A stretch of 64,000 nucleotides of DNA from Rhizobium sp. Q54 (GCA_945889445.1 CAMDBX010000002.1:2041-66040); one strand, 5' to 3'; shown: positions 19,666 through 29,753, numbered from the stretch's first letter. Numbers and translations: made by a program. Notes: generated by a model from the letters alone, not told the origin.

Positions 19666-20045
19666 AAACCGGATCCTGCCTTTGCGGCGCTGTCAGCTTC
19701 GAAGTCCGCGGCGACCTCCGCCCGGTGCTTGCCTGCCACTGCATCCAGTGCCGCAAGCAGACCGGCAACTACATGTCCGCCACGGCCTGCGCCGACAGCG
19801 AATTGGCATTCACGAAGCAGGACGGCCTCACGTGGTTCCGCTCCAGCGACATCGCCCAGCGCGGCTTCTGCAAGGCGTGCGGTTCGGTGCTGTTCTGGAA
19901 GCGTGACGGAAGCGACTCAACATCGATCTGCGCCGGTGCCATCGATGGCGCGACGGACACCTATCTCGAAGGCCACATCTATTGCGAGAGTGCTGGTGAC
20001 TACTACGCCATCAGCGGCGGTGCCTATCGCAAGGACGAATGGTAG
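19662..20045 (+). CDS. GFA / CENP-V family Zn-binding protein
   Basis: GSCLCGAV, CHC..CRK..G, RGFC..CGS; ATGA overlap with the upstream gene. Confidence 0.92.
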   Translation: MKTGSCLCGAVSFEVRGDLRPVLACHCIQCRKQTGNYMSATACADSELAFTKQDGLTWFRSSDIAQRGFCKACGSVLFWKRDGSDSTSICAGAIDGATDTYLEGHIYCESAGDYYAISGGAYRKDEW

Positions 20046-20083
20046 GGGATTCATCTGTATTCTACGTTTCAAGTGCCCGAGAC

Positions 20084-20110
20084 GGAGCCCCTGCCTTCGC
20101 CAGGGTGACG
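20084..20110. repeat. REP-like palindromic repeat (single copy, related to the 37580-37768 elements)
   Basis: Reverse complement cgtcaccctggcgaaggcaggggctcc resembles cgtcaccccagcgaaagctggggccc; lies between convergent genes and is followed by the hairpin gccaccaaaga..tcttgggtggc (20110-20137). Confidence 0.55.
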
Positions 20111-20140
20111 CCACCAAAGAGGATTTTCTTGGGTGGCGCC

Positions 20141-20776
20141 TCAGGCGCGCGCCTTCAGGTCGCGCTCCAGCTCGCCATAGCCGGTGTAGCGATACTCATA
20201 GGCAAGACCCAGGCGCTTGGCCGCCGCCATCGCCTTCTTGGCCAGTTCCTCGTTGCGCGTCTGCGCCAGGAACACGATCTTGGTATAGTTCCCGAAATAG
20301 AGCGGCAGCAGCTCCGGGTGCCGATCCATCCCCAGCCCCTCCCAGATCAGCTTGTCGAAGTGCCGCGCCAGATAGTCGGTGAGGAAGAAGCCTGTCACAT
20401 CCTCCTCCGCCGTGCTGGCGAAGGTCTCCTGACTGGAGAAGAACGCATAGCAATGCGGGCCTTCGAGGCGCTCGATCCCCTCCTCCGCCAGCAGCTTGTC
20501 GATGTCACCACCGGTGCCGCAATCGCCATAGAGCACGAAGATCGACTGGTAGCGGGGCTTGGCTTCCCTGATTTTCTCGCGCAGGGCCGGCACGATCTTG
20601 TCGGGCGTGTTGTGCCACTTGGCAGGCAGGCACTGCAGGTCGAAGGCCGTCCAGCGGTTGCGCTCGATCAGATCCACGATCTCGCGGCCCAAAGCACCGC
20701 AGGCCAGGAGAAGAACCTTCCCCTGGCCTGGCTTGAACTCGAATTCGTCAGATGGCTTGAGATTGACAAGGGTCAT
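20141..20776 (-). CDS. DUF1638 domain protein
   Basis: LACGAL.REI, CLPA..HN.P..I, YGDCGT, GPHC, FFLTDYL, YFGNY; directly downstream of the corrinoid protein gene. Confidence 0.85.
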   Translation of the reverse strand: MTLVNLKPSDEFEFKPGQGKVLLLACGALGREIVDLIERNRWTAFDLQCLPAKWHNTPDKIVPALREKIREAKPRYQSIFVLYGDCGTGGDIDKLLAEEGIERLEGPHCYAFFSSQETFASTAEEDVTGFFLTDYLARHFDKLIWEGLGMDRHPELLPLYFGNYTKIVFLAQTRNEELAKKAMAAAKRLGLAYEYRYTGYGELERDLKARA

Positions 20777-20791
20777 GAAGACCCTCCCAAA

Positions 20792-21493
<702 letters not shown>

Positions 21494-21654
21494 CAGCTGT
21501 CTCCGGAGGACAAATCTTTGAAAGATCACAATAGGCCCGGGCGCGAAACGCCTTTCGCCAGCGGGCGACCTCCCCATGCCGGAAAGCGACGGTTGAGGCA
21601 AGCGGAAAGCCCGGTTAATGGTTGCTTCCCCTTGTTTGAACCGGATTTTTCACC

Positions 21655-22899
21655 ATGACCGCCGCCCTCGACGTCGCCGCCATCCGCGCCCAGTTCCCCG
21701 CCCTTGTGCTCAAGGACGGCGGCCGCGACCGAATCTACTTCGACAACCCGGCCGGAACCCAGGTGCCGCAACGGGTGATCGACCGCACGGTGGACTGCCT
21801 GGCCAACCGCAATGCCAACCTGGGCGGCTATTTCACCACCACGGTGGAGGCGGGCGAACTGGTGGACCTCGCCCATCAGGCCTGTGCGGATTTCTACAAT
21901 GCCGCGAGCATGAACGAGATCGTGTTCGGCCAGAACATGACCAGCCTGACGCTCCACATGTCACGCTGCCTTGGCAAGAAGCTGAAGCGCGGTGACGAGA
22001 TCGTGCTCTCCCGCATGGACCATGACGCCAATGTCGCCCCATGGCTGCTGCTGGCTGACGACCTCGGACTCATCGTGCGCTGGATCGACTTCGACACCGA
22101 GACCTACGAGTTCCCCGATGATGCGCTCACCAAGGTTCTGAGCGACAAGACGAGGATTCTCGCCATGGGCATGGCCTCGAACTGCACCGGCACGGTGAAC
22201 GACACCAAACGTTTCGCAGCAGAAGCGAAGAAGGCCGGAGCCATCGTCTATCTCGATGCCGTCCAATATGCGCCCCACTATGCCATCGACGTCCAGGACC
22301 TCGGCGCCGATTTCGTCGTCTCCTCAGCCTACAAATGGTTCGGCCCGCATCAGGGCATCCTGTGGGGCCGCGAGGCACTGCTGAAGGACACGTTCGGCTA
22401 CAAGGTCCGCCCTGCCGGCGAGGAGCTGCCGCACAAGTTCGAGACCGGTACGCTGTCTCACGAAGGCATGGCCGGCACGCTGGGTGCCATCGAATATCTC
22501 GAGCAGTTCGGCGCAGGCGAGACGCGGGCAAAGCGCATTGCCTCCGCGTGGAACAATCTTGCCGACTATGAGCACAAGATCACGCTGAAGCTGATCGAAG
22601 GGCTGAAAACCTTCAAGGGCCTGACGATCCGCGGCATCACCTCGGCCAATGCCATGCACCGTCGCGTGCCCACCGTCTCCTTCACGCTGGAAGGGCATCA
22701 TCCGGAAACTCTTGCCAAGGCCTTCGCCAAGGACAGCATCTTCGTCTGGTCCGGGCACAATTACGCCATTGAACCCGTGGGCCGCATGGGACTGATGGAC
22801 AAGGGCGGCGTGCTGCGCGTCGGCCTTGCGCACTATAACACTGAGGACGAGGTGGACGCCCTGCTCTCCTCACTCACCCGTCAGATCAGGAGCGCCTGA
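21655..22899 (+). CDS. Cysteine desulfurase-like class-V PLP enzyme lacking the catalytic Cys
   Basis: IRAQFPAL, YFDNPAGTQVP, DHDANV.PW, DAVQYAPH, SAYKWFGPH (PLP Lys), FETGT; WSGHNYA in place of the SufS RxGHHCA. Confidence 0.88.
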   Translation: MTAALDVAAIRAQFPALVLKDGGRDRIYFDNPAGTQVPQRVIDRTVDCLANRNANLGGYFTTTVEAGELVDLAHQACADFYNAASMNEIVFGQNMTSLTLHMSRCLGKKLKRGDEIVLSRMDHDANVAPWLLLADDLGLIVRWIDFDTETYEFPDDALTKVLSDKTRILAMGMASNCTGTVNDTKRFAAEAKKAGAIVYLDAVQYAPHYAIDVQDLGADFVVSSAYKWFGPHQGILWGREALLKDTFGYKVRPAGEELPHKFETGTLSHEGMAGTLGAIEYLEQFGAGETRAKRIASAWNNLADYEHKITLKLIEGLKTFKGLTIRGITSANAMHRRVPTVSFTLEGHHPETLAKAFAKDSIFVWSGHNYAIEPVGRMGLMDKGGVLRVGLAHYNTEDEVDALLSSLTRQIRSA

Positions 22900-22902
22900 A
22901 CC

Positions 22903-23832
22903 ATGGCCTACAAACTCGCCATCATCGGCCTCGGCAAGATTGCCCAGGACCAGCACCTGCCGGTCGTCGCCAAGAACAGCGACTTCGAACTCGCCGCCGT
23001 CGTCTCCTCGCGCGAGGGCTACCGCGACGTGCCGCATTTCAAGACGCCCGCCGAACTGTTCCTCAGTGGCCTGAAGCTTGATGCCGTGACGCTCTGCATG
23101 CCGCCGGAGCCACGCTTCGCCATCGCGCGCGATGCGCTGGACGCGGGCCTCCACGTCCTGATGGAAAAGCCCCCGACGCCGACAGTGGGCGAGCTTGATG
23201 CCATCACCGCACATGCGGAGAAGGCGGGCCGCATCCTCTTCACCACCTGGCACTCGCAATACAACAAGGCGGTGAACGAGGCGCAGCGGTTGCTCGCGGG
23301 CAAACGCGTCACTCGCCTGCATGTCAGCTGGAAGGAGGACGTGCGTCACTGGCACCCTGGCCAGGAATGGATATGGGAACCGGGCGGTTTCGGCGTCTTC
23401 GATCCCGGCATCAACGCGTTCTCCATCGTCACCAAGATACTGCCGCAACCGGTCTGCGTGAAATCGGTCATGCTGGAAACGCCCCGCAACAAGGCGACGC
23501 CCATTGCCGCGCAGATCACCTTCAAGCCGTCATGGGATGGCCAGGCCGAACTCACCGCCGACCTCGACTGGCGGCAGACCGGCGAGCAGAGCTGGAACAT
23601 CGACGTCGAAACCGCTGACGGGCTGCAGCTGGCGCTGCGCCGGGGCGGCACGGAACTCTATGTCGGCGGCAAACTCACCACCTCATCGCCGCCCGAAGAA
23701 TACGAGGACATCTACGTGCATTTCGCGGAGTTGCTGCGCACGGGCCGCTCGCATGTGGACGCCGCGCCGCTACAGCTCGTGTCCGATTGCTTCTTGATGG
23801 GGCGGAGAACCGAAACGGAACCGTTCCTCTGA
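22903..23832 (+). CDS. Gfo/Idh/MocA oxidoreductase (galactose/arabinose 1-dehydrogenase-like)
   Basis: IIGLGKIA.DQH.P, HVLMEKPP, WKEDVR.WHPGQ.WIW..GG.GVFDPGINA. Confidence 0.9.
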   Translation: MAYKLAIIGLGKIAQDQHLPVVAKNSDFELAAVVSSREGYRDVPHFKTPAELFLSGLKLDAVTLCMPPEPRFAIARDALDAGLHVLMEKPPTPTVGELDAITAHAEKAGRILFTTWHSQYNKAVNEAQRLLAGKRVTRLHVSWKEDVRHWHPGQEWIWEPGGFGVFDPGINAFSIVTKILPQPVCVKSVMLETPRNKATPIAAQITFKPSWDGQAELTADLDWRQTGEQSWNIDVETADGLQLALRRGGTELYVGGKLTTSSPPEEYEDIYVHFAELLRTGRSHVDAAPLQLVSDCFLMGRRTETEPFL

Positions 23833-25294
23833 GGCGCTTGAGCGTCTCATCAGGGGTGCCTCCGGCATTGACGCGCAGCCAGTCGAGGTTGCCGAGGACA
23901 TAGCCGAGCTGCTTGCGGACAACATCCGCGGTGGCGTCGGACGCATCGTCCCGTCGCGCCGCAATTCGGGCGCTTAGGGCTTCGGGCGATGCCTCGAGCC
24001 AGACGCCGGCAAACTGCGCCTTGCTGCGGCGGGCCAGCTCGACAGCGGCGTTTCGCTCGCCTCCCTCCGCGAAGACGGCATCCAGCACGACGGAGTGGCC
24101 GGCCGCCAACGCCCGCTCGGCGCGGGCAAGGCAGGCGGCATAGACCTCGAAGGATGCCTGGCGGGTATAACTTTCGGGCGGCAGGCGGTCGGTTTCTGCA
24201 ACACCTGCGAGGATCTTCCGCTCGATGTCGCTGCGAACATGGATAGCGCCCGGTGCAGCGCCGAAATGGGGAGCAATGCCCGCGGCGGCCGTTGACTTGC
24301 CCGCGCCCGAGAGGCCGCCGATGCAGAGCAGCATGGGTGGTGGTACCTTCAGATAGTCGATGGTGGCGCGAAACCAGTCGAGCGCCTGGCCGCGCTCTTT
24401 CATCGAGTTCTTGAGTGCCAGCTCATGCGCGAGATCGGCGGTGACGAGAGCGCGCACGCCGGCACGGGTGGCGAGAAAGAGCGGCAGCGCGGCGAGGCCC
24501 GAGAGATCTTCCTCGGCGCGGCGCAGGTCGAGGTAACGGTTGAGCACCGCATTGGCGACGCCCCTCTCGCCATTGCTCCACAGGTCCATCAGCAGGAATG
24601 CGAGGTCGTAGAGCACGTCGATGGTGGCGATCTTCTCGCTGAACTCGATGGCATCGAAGAGCCTTGGTTCGCCCTGCTCCACGATGATGTTGCCGCAGTG
24701 CATGTCGCCGTGGCAGCGGCGGACCAGCCCGCGCTCGCCGCGTTCCGTCAGCAGGTGACGGCGGGAACCGAGAGCCGACTCATAGAGAGCGTGAAATTCA
24801 AGCGTGTCGGCGGGGCGGAAGATGTCGGGCGAATCGATGAAGGCCCTGGACAACTGCGCACCGAGGCCGGACATGATGTCGGCGCCCTTCACATCGCGTC
24901 GCGAGGCAAGGGCATGGGATCGGGCGGCCATAACAGCAAGCTTCCCCGAGAGCCCCGGACCAATCTCGCCATGCGACATGATCCAGGCGAGAAGCGCAGA
25001 GCCAGCAAAGCGACGCATCACCAGAACGGGCTCGCCCAGCACCTCGTCCACACGGAGGTAGAGGTCCGGCGTGAAGAGGCGGTTGATCTCGAGCTCGGCC
25101 TGCAGCGACTCCCGGCGCTTCCCGAGGCTCGAGAAGTCGAGATAGGGAAGCTTGACGTCCTTTTTTACCTTGAACGCGCGGTCACTGACAAGGAACACAT
25201 GCGCAGCGTGCGTCTCGATGTGCTCCACCGCCTCTCCGGGAAAGCCCCAGGTCTCGCCTTTCAGGAACGCTGATGTGAACATGGATCGGAACAT
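23675..25294 (-). CDS. Bifunctional aminoglycoside-phosphotransferase-like / AAA_33 P-loop kinase protein
   Basis: IETH...VFL...A.K.KK.V...YLDFS, RRCHGDMH..NI, FDAIEF, D..YDLAFL.MDL; GGLSGAGKST, RSD.ERK, DASDA. Confidence 0.9.
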   Translation of the reverse strand: MFRSMFTSAFLKGETWGFPGEAVEHIETHAAHVFLVSDRAFKVKKDVKLPYLDFSSLGKRRESLQAELEINRLFTPDLYLRVDEVLGEPVLVMRRFAGSALLAWIMSHGEIGPGLSGKLAVMAARSHALASRRDVKGADIMSGLGAQLSRAFIDSPDIFRPADTLEFHALYESALGSRRHLLTERGERGLVRRCHGDMHCGNIIVEQGEPRLFDAIEFSEKIATIDVLYDLAFLLMDLWSNGERGVANAVLNRYLDLRRAEEDLSGLAALPLFLATRAGVRALVTADLAHELALKNSMKERGQALDWFRATIDYLKVPPPMLLCIGGLSGAGKSTAAAGIAPHFGAAPGAIHVRSDIERKILAGVAETDRLPPESYTRQASFEVYAACLARAERALAAGHSVVLDAVFAEGGERNAAVELARRSKAQFAGVWLEASPEALSARIAARRDDASDATADVVRKQLGYVLGNLDWLRVNAGGTPDETLKRLRGTVPFRFSAPSRSNRTRAVAARRPHASGPCAATPRNARRCPRILRAAMRW

Positions 25295-25327
25295 AGGGTC
25301 GGGACCGGCGCGGCGCCTTGACCGGCA

Positions 25328-26092
25328 TCAAGTTCCACCGTCGTCCAGCAATTGCCTGACGATGTCCCGATGGCGGTTCAGGAAGTTCCGGGTGATGGCG
25401 AAATGCTCGGTATCCTCGTAGGCCACCCGCTCCAGCCCATGTGCACCCAGCCGGTAGATCCAGGCATCGGGATAGGCCATCAGGATGGGCGAATGGGTGG
25501 CAATGATGAACTGGCTTTCCGCCGCCACGAGATCATGCATACGCACCAGCATGGCCATCTGCCGCGTGGGCGAGAGTGCGGCCTCGGGCTCGTCGAAGAT
25601 GTAAAGTCCCTTACCTCCCAACCGGTTCTCCAGAAGGGCGAGGAAGGATTCGCCGTGAGATTGATTGTGAAGAGGTCTGCCACCGTACGACTCGATTATC
25701 TTGCGTCGCCCCGGCTCTCGATCAAGGGCGTCGATATTGGTTGCGACATTGAAGTAGCTTTCCGCACGCAGAAAGAACCCGTCTTGCGCCCGCCGAGGGC
25801 TCTTGACGAGACGCAGTGCGCTGTGGAGAGGCGAGTGAGAGTCGAACGTGCCGAAACGGAAATTCTTCGAACCGCCCTCTGCGTTGAAGCCCCAGGCAAC
25901 GGCAAGTGCTTCAATCAAGGTCGACTTGCCTGAGCCGTTTTCACCGACGATGAAAGTGACCTTCGGATGGAAATCGATCTTGTTCAGGCCTGCGATGGCG
26001 GGGAGCGCATAGGGATAGGCAGACCTGCCTGCAACGCGATCCCACAGCAGCTCGGCAGTCAGCAGATAATGCCGCGCCTCGAACGCCTGCAT
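25328..26092 (-). CDS. Predicted ABC/AAA-type ATPase (single domain)
   Basis: VTFIVGENGSGKSTL.EA.A, GFN.EGG, FFLRAES, SHGESF, DEPEAALSP, IIATHSPIL. Confidence 0.9.
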   Translation of the reverse strand: MQAFEARHYLLTAELLWDRVAGRSAYPYALPAIAGLNKIDFHPKVTFIVGENGSGKSTLIEALAVAWGFNAEGGSKNFRFGTFDSHSPLHSALRLVKSPRRAQDGFFLRAESYFNVATNIDALDREPGRRKIIESYGGRPLHNQSHGESFLALLENRLGGKGLYIFDEPEAALSPTRQMAMLVRMHDLVAAESQFIIATHSPILMAYPDAWIYRLGAHGLERVAYEDTEHFAITRNFLNRHRDIVRQLLDDGGT

Positions 26093-26142
26093 GATGCGAG
26101 AATGCCGCGCACGCTCCCATCAGGCAAGTTGTTTTACCTAGA

Positions 26143-27159
26143 TCAATTCCCGCGGCGGCGTTCGCGGCGGGCGGCGCCAGCTGCGGCGGCGTCGTGGCCC
26201 TTGGCCAGTTCGGACACCGGACCAAGCTTCGTCTCGATGAGTTCCAGCGACGGGCGGGTGCCCTTCGTGTAGGTCTCGAGCGACTTGCGCATGGAGGCCA
26301 GGTGCTCCGGGCTGGTGCCGCAGCAGCCGCCGATGATCTTGGCGCCTGCATCGAGCGCGATGCGGGCATAGTCTGCCATCAGCTCAGGCGTGCCGGTGTA
26401 GTGGATGTGGCCATCGACATATTGCGGGATGCCGCAATTGCCCTTGGCGACCACGGCCGCGTCTGGCCGGGCTTCCGAGATCCCGAGCACTGTGGCGATC
26501 AGCTCCGAGGCGCCGACGCCGCAATTGGCGCCGATGGCAACGGGCTGGGTGGCAAGCGCTGCCGTGATGGCGCCGAAGGCCTTGGGCGTGATGCCCATCA
26601 TGGTGCGGCCGTTGGTGTCGAAGCTCATGGTGGTGACGATCGGCAGGCTCGCCCTGGCGCAGCCCTCGACGGCGGCCTTGAGTTCCTCCTCGGACGACAT
26701 GGTCTCGATCCAGATCACATCGACGCCGCCTTCCTTCAAGGCCAGCGCCTGCTCGGCGAAGGCCTTGACGGCCTCGTCATGCGACATGGCACCGACCGGC
26801 TCCATGATCTCGCCGGTGGGACCGACGGAGCCGCCGACATAGACCGGGCGGCCTGCCGCATCGGCCTCGGCGCGGGCGTTCTTCGCCGCGGCAATGTTGA
26901 TCTCCCGGACCTGGTCCTGCGCGTTGTGCAGCTTCAGCCGGTGGCGGTTGCCGCCGAATGAGTTGGTGAGCACGATATCCGCCCCCGCCTCGATGAAGCG
27001 GCGGTGCAGCGAGCGCACCCGCTCGGGGTGGTCGAAGTTCCACATTTCCGGGGCGTCGCCCGATTCGAGGCCCATCTGGAAATAATTCGTTCCGGTGGCG
27101 CCATCGGCCAGCAGCCAGGGACGCGTGGCGAGCGCTTCGGTGAAGGACGGGCTGGTCAT
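26143..27159 (-). CDS. bmt: Betaine-homocysteine S-methyltransferase / homocysteine-binding module of split MetH
   Basis: LLADGATGTN, GDAPE.WN, TNSFGG, GSVGPTG, WIETMS, GRTMMG, GANCG, KGNCGIP, IGGCCGT. Confidence 0.9.
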   Translation of the reverse strand: MTSPSFTEALATRPWLLADGATGTNYFQMGLESGDAPEMWNFDHPERVRSLHRRFIEAGADIVLTNSFGGNRHRLKLHNAQDQVREINIAAAKNARAEADAAGRPVYVGGSVGPTGEIMEPVGAMSHDEAVKAFAEQALALKEGGVDVIWIETMSSEEELKAAVEGCARASLPIVTTMSFDTNGRTMMGITPKAFGAITAALATQPVAIGANCGVGASELIATVLGISEARPDAAVVAKGNCGIPQYVDGHIHYTGTPELMADYARIALDAGAKIIGGCCGTSPEHLASMRKSLETYTKGTRPSLELIETKLGPVSELAKGHDAAAAGAARRERRRGN

Positions 27160-27177
27160 GTGAACCTCCGGGACAGA

Positions 27178-27201
27178 CGATATAAAGACTTCTTTATATC
27201 G
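27178..27201. promoter_or_regulatory. Perfect palindromic operator upstream of bmt, SahR-type
   Basis: CGATATAAAG-actt-CTTTATATCG: 10-bp arms, 4-bp spacer, 18 bp upstream of the bmt ATG. Confidence 0.75.
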
Positions 27202-28023
27202 TTATCCGGGCTCTTGCCAAGAAAGAAACGCGGCATCCGAGAGAAGAAGGCTCATCCGGTCGTTCACCGGCCACTGGGCGGGGCGTTCGCCGGAGGCTTT
27301 CAGGCTGCGGAGGCTGACGGCAAGGTCTGCGACGTCCTGGCGGGCAAGTCGCGGCGCACGGTGCAGGCGCTGGGCATCCGGCTTGCCATGGGCGGAGAGG
27401 ATGGTGGTTGCCTCGGCGAGCTGAGGCAGCAGGGCCTCGGCCGCGTCGAGATAGGACTTGAGGTCCGAATTGGCGATCTGGGCATAGAGCTTGCCGGGGT
27501 AGACGAAGTCCGCCGCGAACAGGATCCCGTTGTCCCGGTCATGCAGCGAGATCGAATCGGGCGAGTGGCCAGGCGTATGGAGAAGCCGAAGGCGGCGGCC
27601 GCCAAGGTCGATCTCGGAGCCAATGGGAAGCCAGCTGGCGGGCTTCACCGGGGTCCATGTCATGCCCTCCCAATAGCCGACGTAGAGATCGTCGGTGGGC
27701 ATCAGCCAGCCATCCTGCATGCAGGCGCGGAGCACGGTAAGATCGGGGAGCGCGATGTTGCCGAAACCGCTGAGCCCGCCCGTATGGTCATAATGCATGT
27801 GCGAGGGCAATGCCGTGACGGGCAGCGTGGTGAGACTGCGTACGGCCTTCGAAATGTCACGCACGCCGGGGCCGGTGTCCAGCATCAGCGCGCGGCGCGT
27901 GCCGAGGATCAGGTAGTTCCAGTTGATCTGGTGGAAGCGCGGCTCGCCAATGGCGATGACGCCGGGGGCCACCTCCTCCACCGCGAACCAGTCATCGAGC
28001 CAGATGACGCCTTCGCACAGCAT
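27202..28023 (-). CDS. MBL-fold metallo-hydrolase
   Basis: LDTG, SHMHYDHTGG (HxHxDH), TPGHSPD, LFAAD, AHG; ATG overlaps the soeC stop (TGATG). Confidence 0.88.
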   Translation of the reverse strand: MLCEGVIWLDDWFAVEEVAPGVIAIGEPRFHQINWNYLILGTRRALMLDTGPGVRDISKAVRSLTTLPVTALPSHMHYDHTGGLSGFGNIALPDLTVLRACMQDGWLMPTDDLYVGYWEGMTWTPVKPASWLPIGSEIDLGGRRLRLLHTPGHSPDSISLHDRDNGILFAADFVYPGKLYAQIANSDLKSYLDAAEALLPQLAEATTILSAHGKPDAQRLHRAPRLARQDVADLAVSLRSLKASGERPAQWPVNDRMSLLLSDAAFLSWQEPG

Positions 28024-28952
28024 CAGGCGGCCTGCGCGCCATAGAACAGCGAGGACACGTGCTGGGCCTCGGCGAAGAACAGCCAGCGCTGCACCACGGC
28101 GGCAAACAGCGCCAGCGCCATGGCGAGCAGTGCCGCGACGGGCACGGCGAGCGCCGACAGCATGAGAAGAATGGCGAGGACGAGGGCCACGATCACCAGC
28201 CGCCTGAGCTGTGCGGCGTGCTTGCGCGCCACCACATAGCCCATTTCCTTCTGGATGTAGTTGGGGGCCGAATGCGGCTGTTCCCACTGGCTGACGGTGC
28301 CGAGGCGGCCAAGGCCTGTGGCATCGCCCATGGTCAGGTCACGCGGGGCGGCATCGATGCTGCGCCAGTAGAGAAGCACAATGATGCCGGCGAGCGCCAT
28401 AAGCACAGAGGAGAAATAGACGAGGAAGGCGGGAAAGTTGCCGAACACCGCGGTGATGGCGGCGAGGATCACCGCACCCGTGGCGAGCGCGAAGCTGATG
28501 TAGACCCAGACCGTCCACGGATTGTGCCAGGAGCGGATGGTCTTGAGGGTCGAATAGATCTTGGCGGTGCACAGCACGGTGATCATGGCCATGACCGCGG
28601 TGACGACGGCGAGCGGCGCGATGAGGGCCGGAGCGGCAATGAGGCCCGACCACACGGCGCCGAACACCACGGCGGGAAGATAGGTGATGACCGCCGCCAC
28701 GCCCTCGCGCGACAGCCAGGAAGAGCGCCACTGCGAGAAGGCCCGCCAGGCGCGCTCCGGATGGCCGAGATGGAAGGTCGATGACAACAAGCCGATGGTG
28801 ATGAGGCCCAGTGCCACCACCATCGCCGTGAGTCCGAATGCCAGCGACGAAGCCTCGCCATGGCTGATGCCGACGAGGCTCAGCAGCGCCAGAAGGCCGT
28901 AGCCGGCACCGGATGCCGTCGTGAACAGGATGACGGAATAGGCGGGATGCAT
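28023..28952 (-). CDS. soeC: DmsC/YnfH-family membrane anchor, sulfite dehydrogenase subunit C
   Basis: MHPAYSVILFTT.SG.G.G, STFHLGHPERAWRA.SQWRSSWLSRE, RWLFFAEA.H. Confidence 0.85.
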   Translation of the reverse strand: MHPAYSVILFTTASGAGYGLLALLSLVGISHGEASSLAFGLTAMVVALGLITIGLLSSTFHLGHPERAWRAFSQWRSSWLSREGVAAVITYLPAVVFGAVWSGLIAAPALIAPLAVVTAVMAMITVLCTAKIYSTLKTIRSWHNPWTVWVYISFALATGAVILAAITAVFGNFPAFLVYFSSVLMALAGIIVLLYWRSIDAAPRDLTMGDATGLGRLGTVSQWEQPHSAPNYIQKEMGYVVARKHAAQLRRLVIVALVLAILLMLSALAVPVAALLAMALALFAAVVQRWLFFAEAQHVSSLFYGAQAA

Positions 28953-28955
28953 GGT

Positions 28956-29753
28956 CTAGCCTTCGAGCTTTCCGGAATGGTCGGGTTCATTGGCGCGGGC
29001 GGATGCCTTCCTCGGCGAGAGCACCTTGTCCGCCCACTGGAACAGGCGGTCGAAGGCGGAGCCGTCCGGCCGGGGCAGCGCTTCGGCGCGGGTGTTGGTG
29101 GCATCGCGGCGGGCGCGGGGCGGAAGGTATTTGTTGACGGGCTTGTAGCCCATCTCCGGCAGCAGATCATACCCGCCGCGCTCGGCGACGAGCTGCGAGA
29201 CCTTCGAGGTCTCATCGCCGAGATCGCCGAAGTGGCGGGCCCCGGTGGGGCAGGCCTTGACGCAGGCCGGCTGGCGGTCCTCCGGCTCGAAATTCTCGTT
29301 GTAGATGCGATCGACGCAGAGCGTGCATTTCTTCATGACGCCCTGGCTCTGGTCATATTCGCGCGCGCCATAGGGGCAAGCCCATGAACACAGCTTGCAG
29401 CCGATGCAGGTTTCGGGGTTCACCAGCACGATGCCGTCCTCGGCGCGCTTGTAACTCGCACCCGTTGGGCAGACGGTGACGCAGGCCGGTTCCTCGCAGT
29501 GCAGGCACGAGCGCGGGAAGTTGACGATGCGCGACTGCGCCTGGCCCTCCTCCATCACCTCGTAGCCATGCACGCGGTTGAGCCACACGCCCGAAGGATC
29601 GGAACCGTAGGGGTTCGTGTCGGTCAGGGGGCCTGAATACCCTTGCGTGTTCCACTCCTTGCAGGAGGTGGTGCAGGCCTGGCAGCCGACGCAGGTATCG
29701 AGGTCGATGACGAGGCCAAGCTTCTTGGCGGAGGGAGGCGGAAGCGATGTCAT
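28956..29753 (-). CDS. soeB: 4Fe-4S dicluster protein, sulfite dehydrogenase subunit B
   Basis: LGLVIDLDTCVGCQAC..SCKEWN, CLHCE.P.CV.VCPT, CIGC.LC.WACPY, KCTLC; ATGA overlap with soeA. Confidence 0.87.
   Translation of the reverse strand: MTSLPPPSAKKLGLVIDLDTCVGCQACTTSCKEWNTQGYSGPLTDTNPYGSDPSGVWLNRVHGYEVMEEGQAQSRIVNFPRSCLHCEEPACVTVCPTGASYKRAEDGIVLVNPETCIGCKLCSWACPYGAREYDQSQGVMKKCTLCVDRIYNENFEPEDRQPACVKACPTGARHFGDLGDETSKVSQLVAERGGYDLLPEMGYKPVNKYLPPRARRDATNTRAEALPRPDGSAFDRLFQWADKVLSPRKASARANEPDHSGKLEG

Noticed and set aside
21494..21654. Cobalamin or SAM riboswitch upstream of the corrinoid gene
   Set aside because: No recognisable B12-box or SAM-II core by eye; a covariance-model search (Rfam/Infernal) would be needed to exclude it fully
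27202..28023. Antibiotic-resistance genes (metallo-beta-lactamase; also the two APH-like domains)
   Set aside because: No signal peptide on the MBL protein and the contexts are metabolic; fold similarity alone does not support resistance
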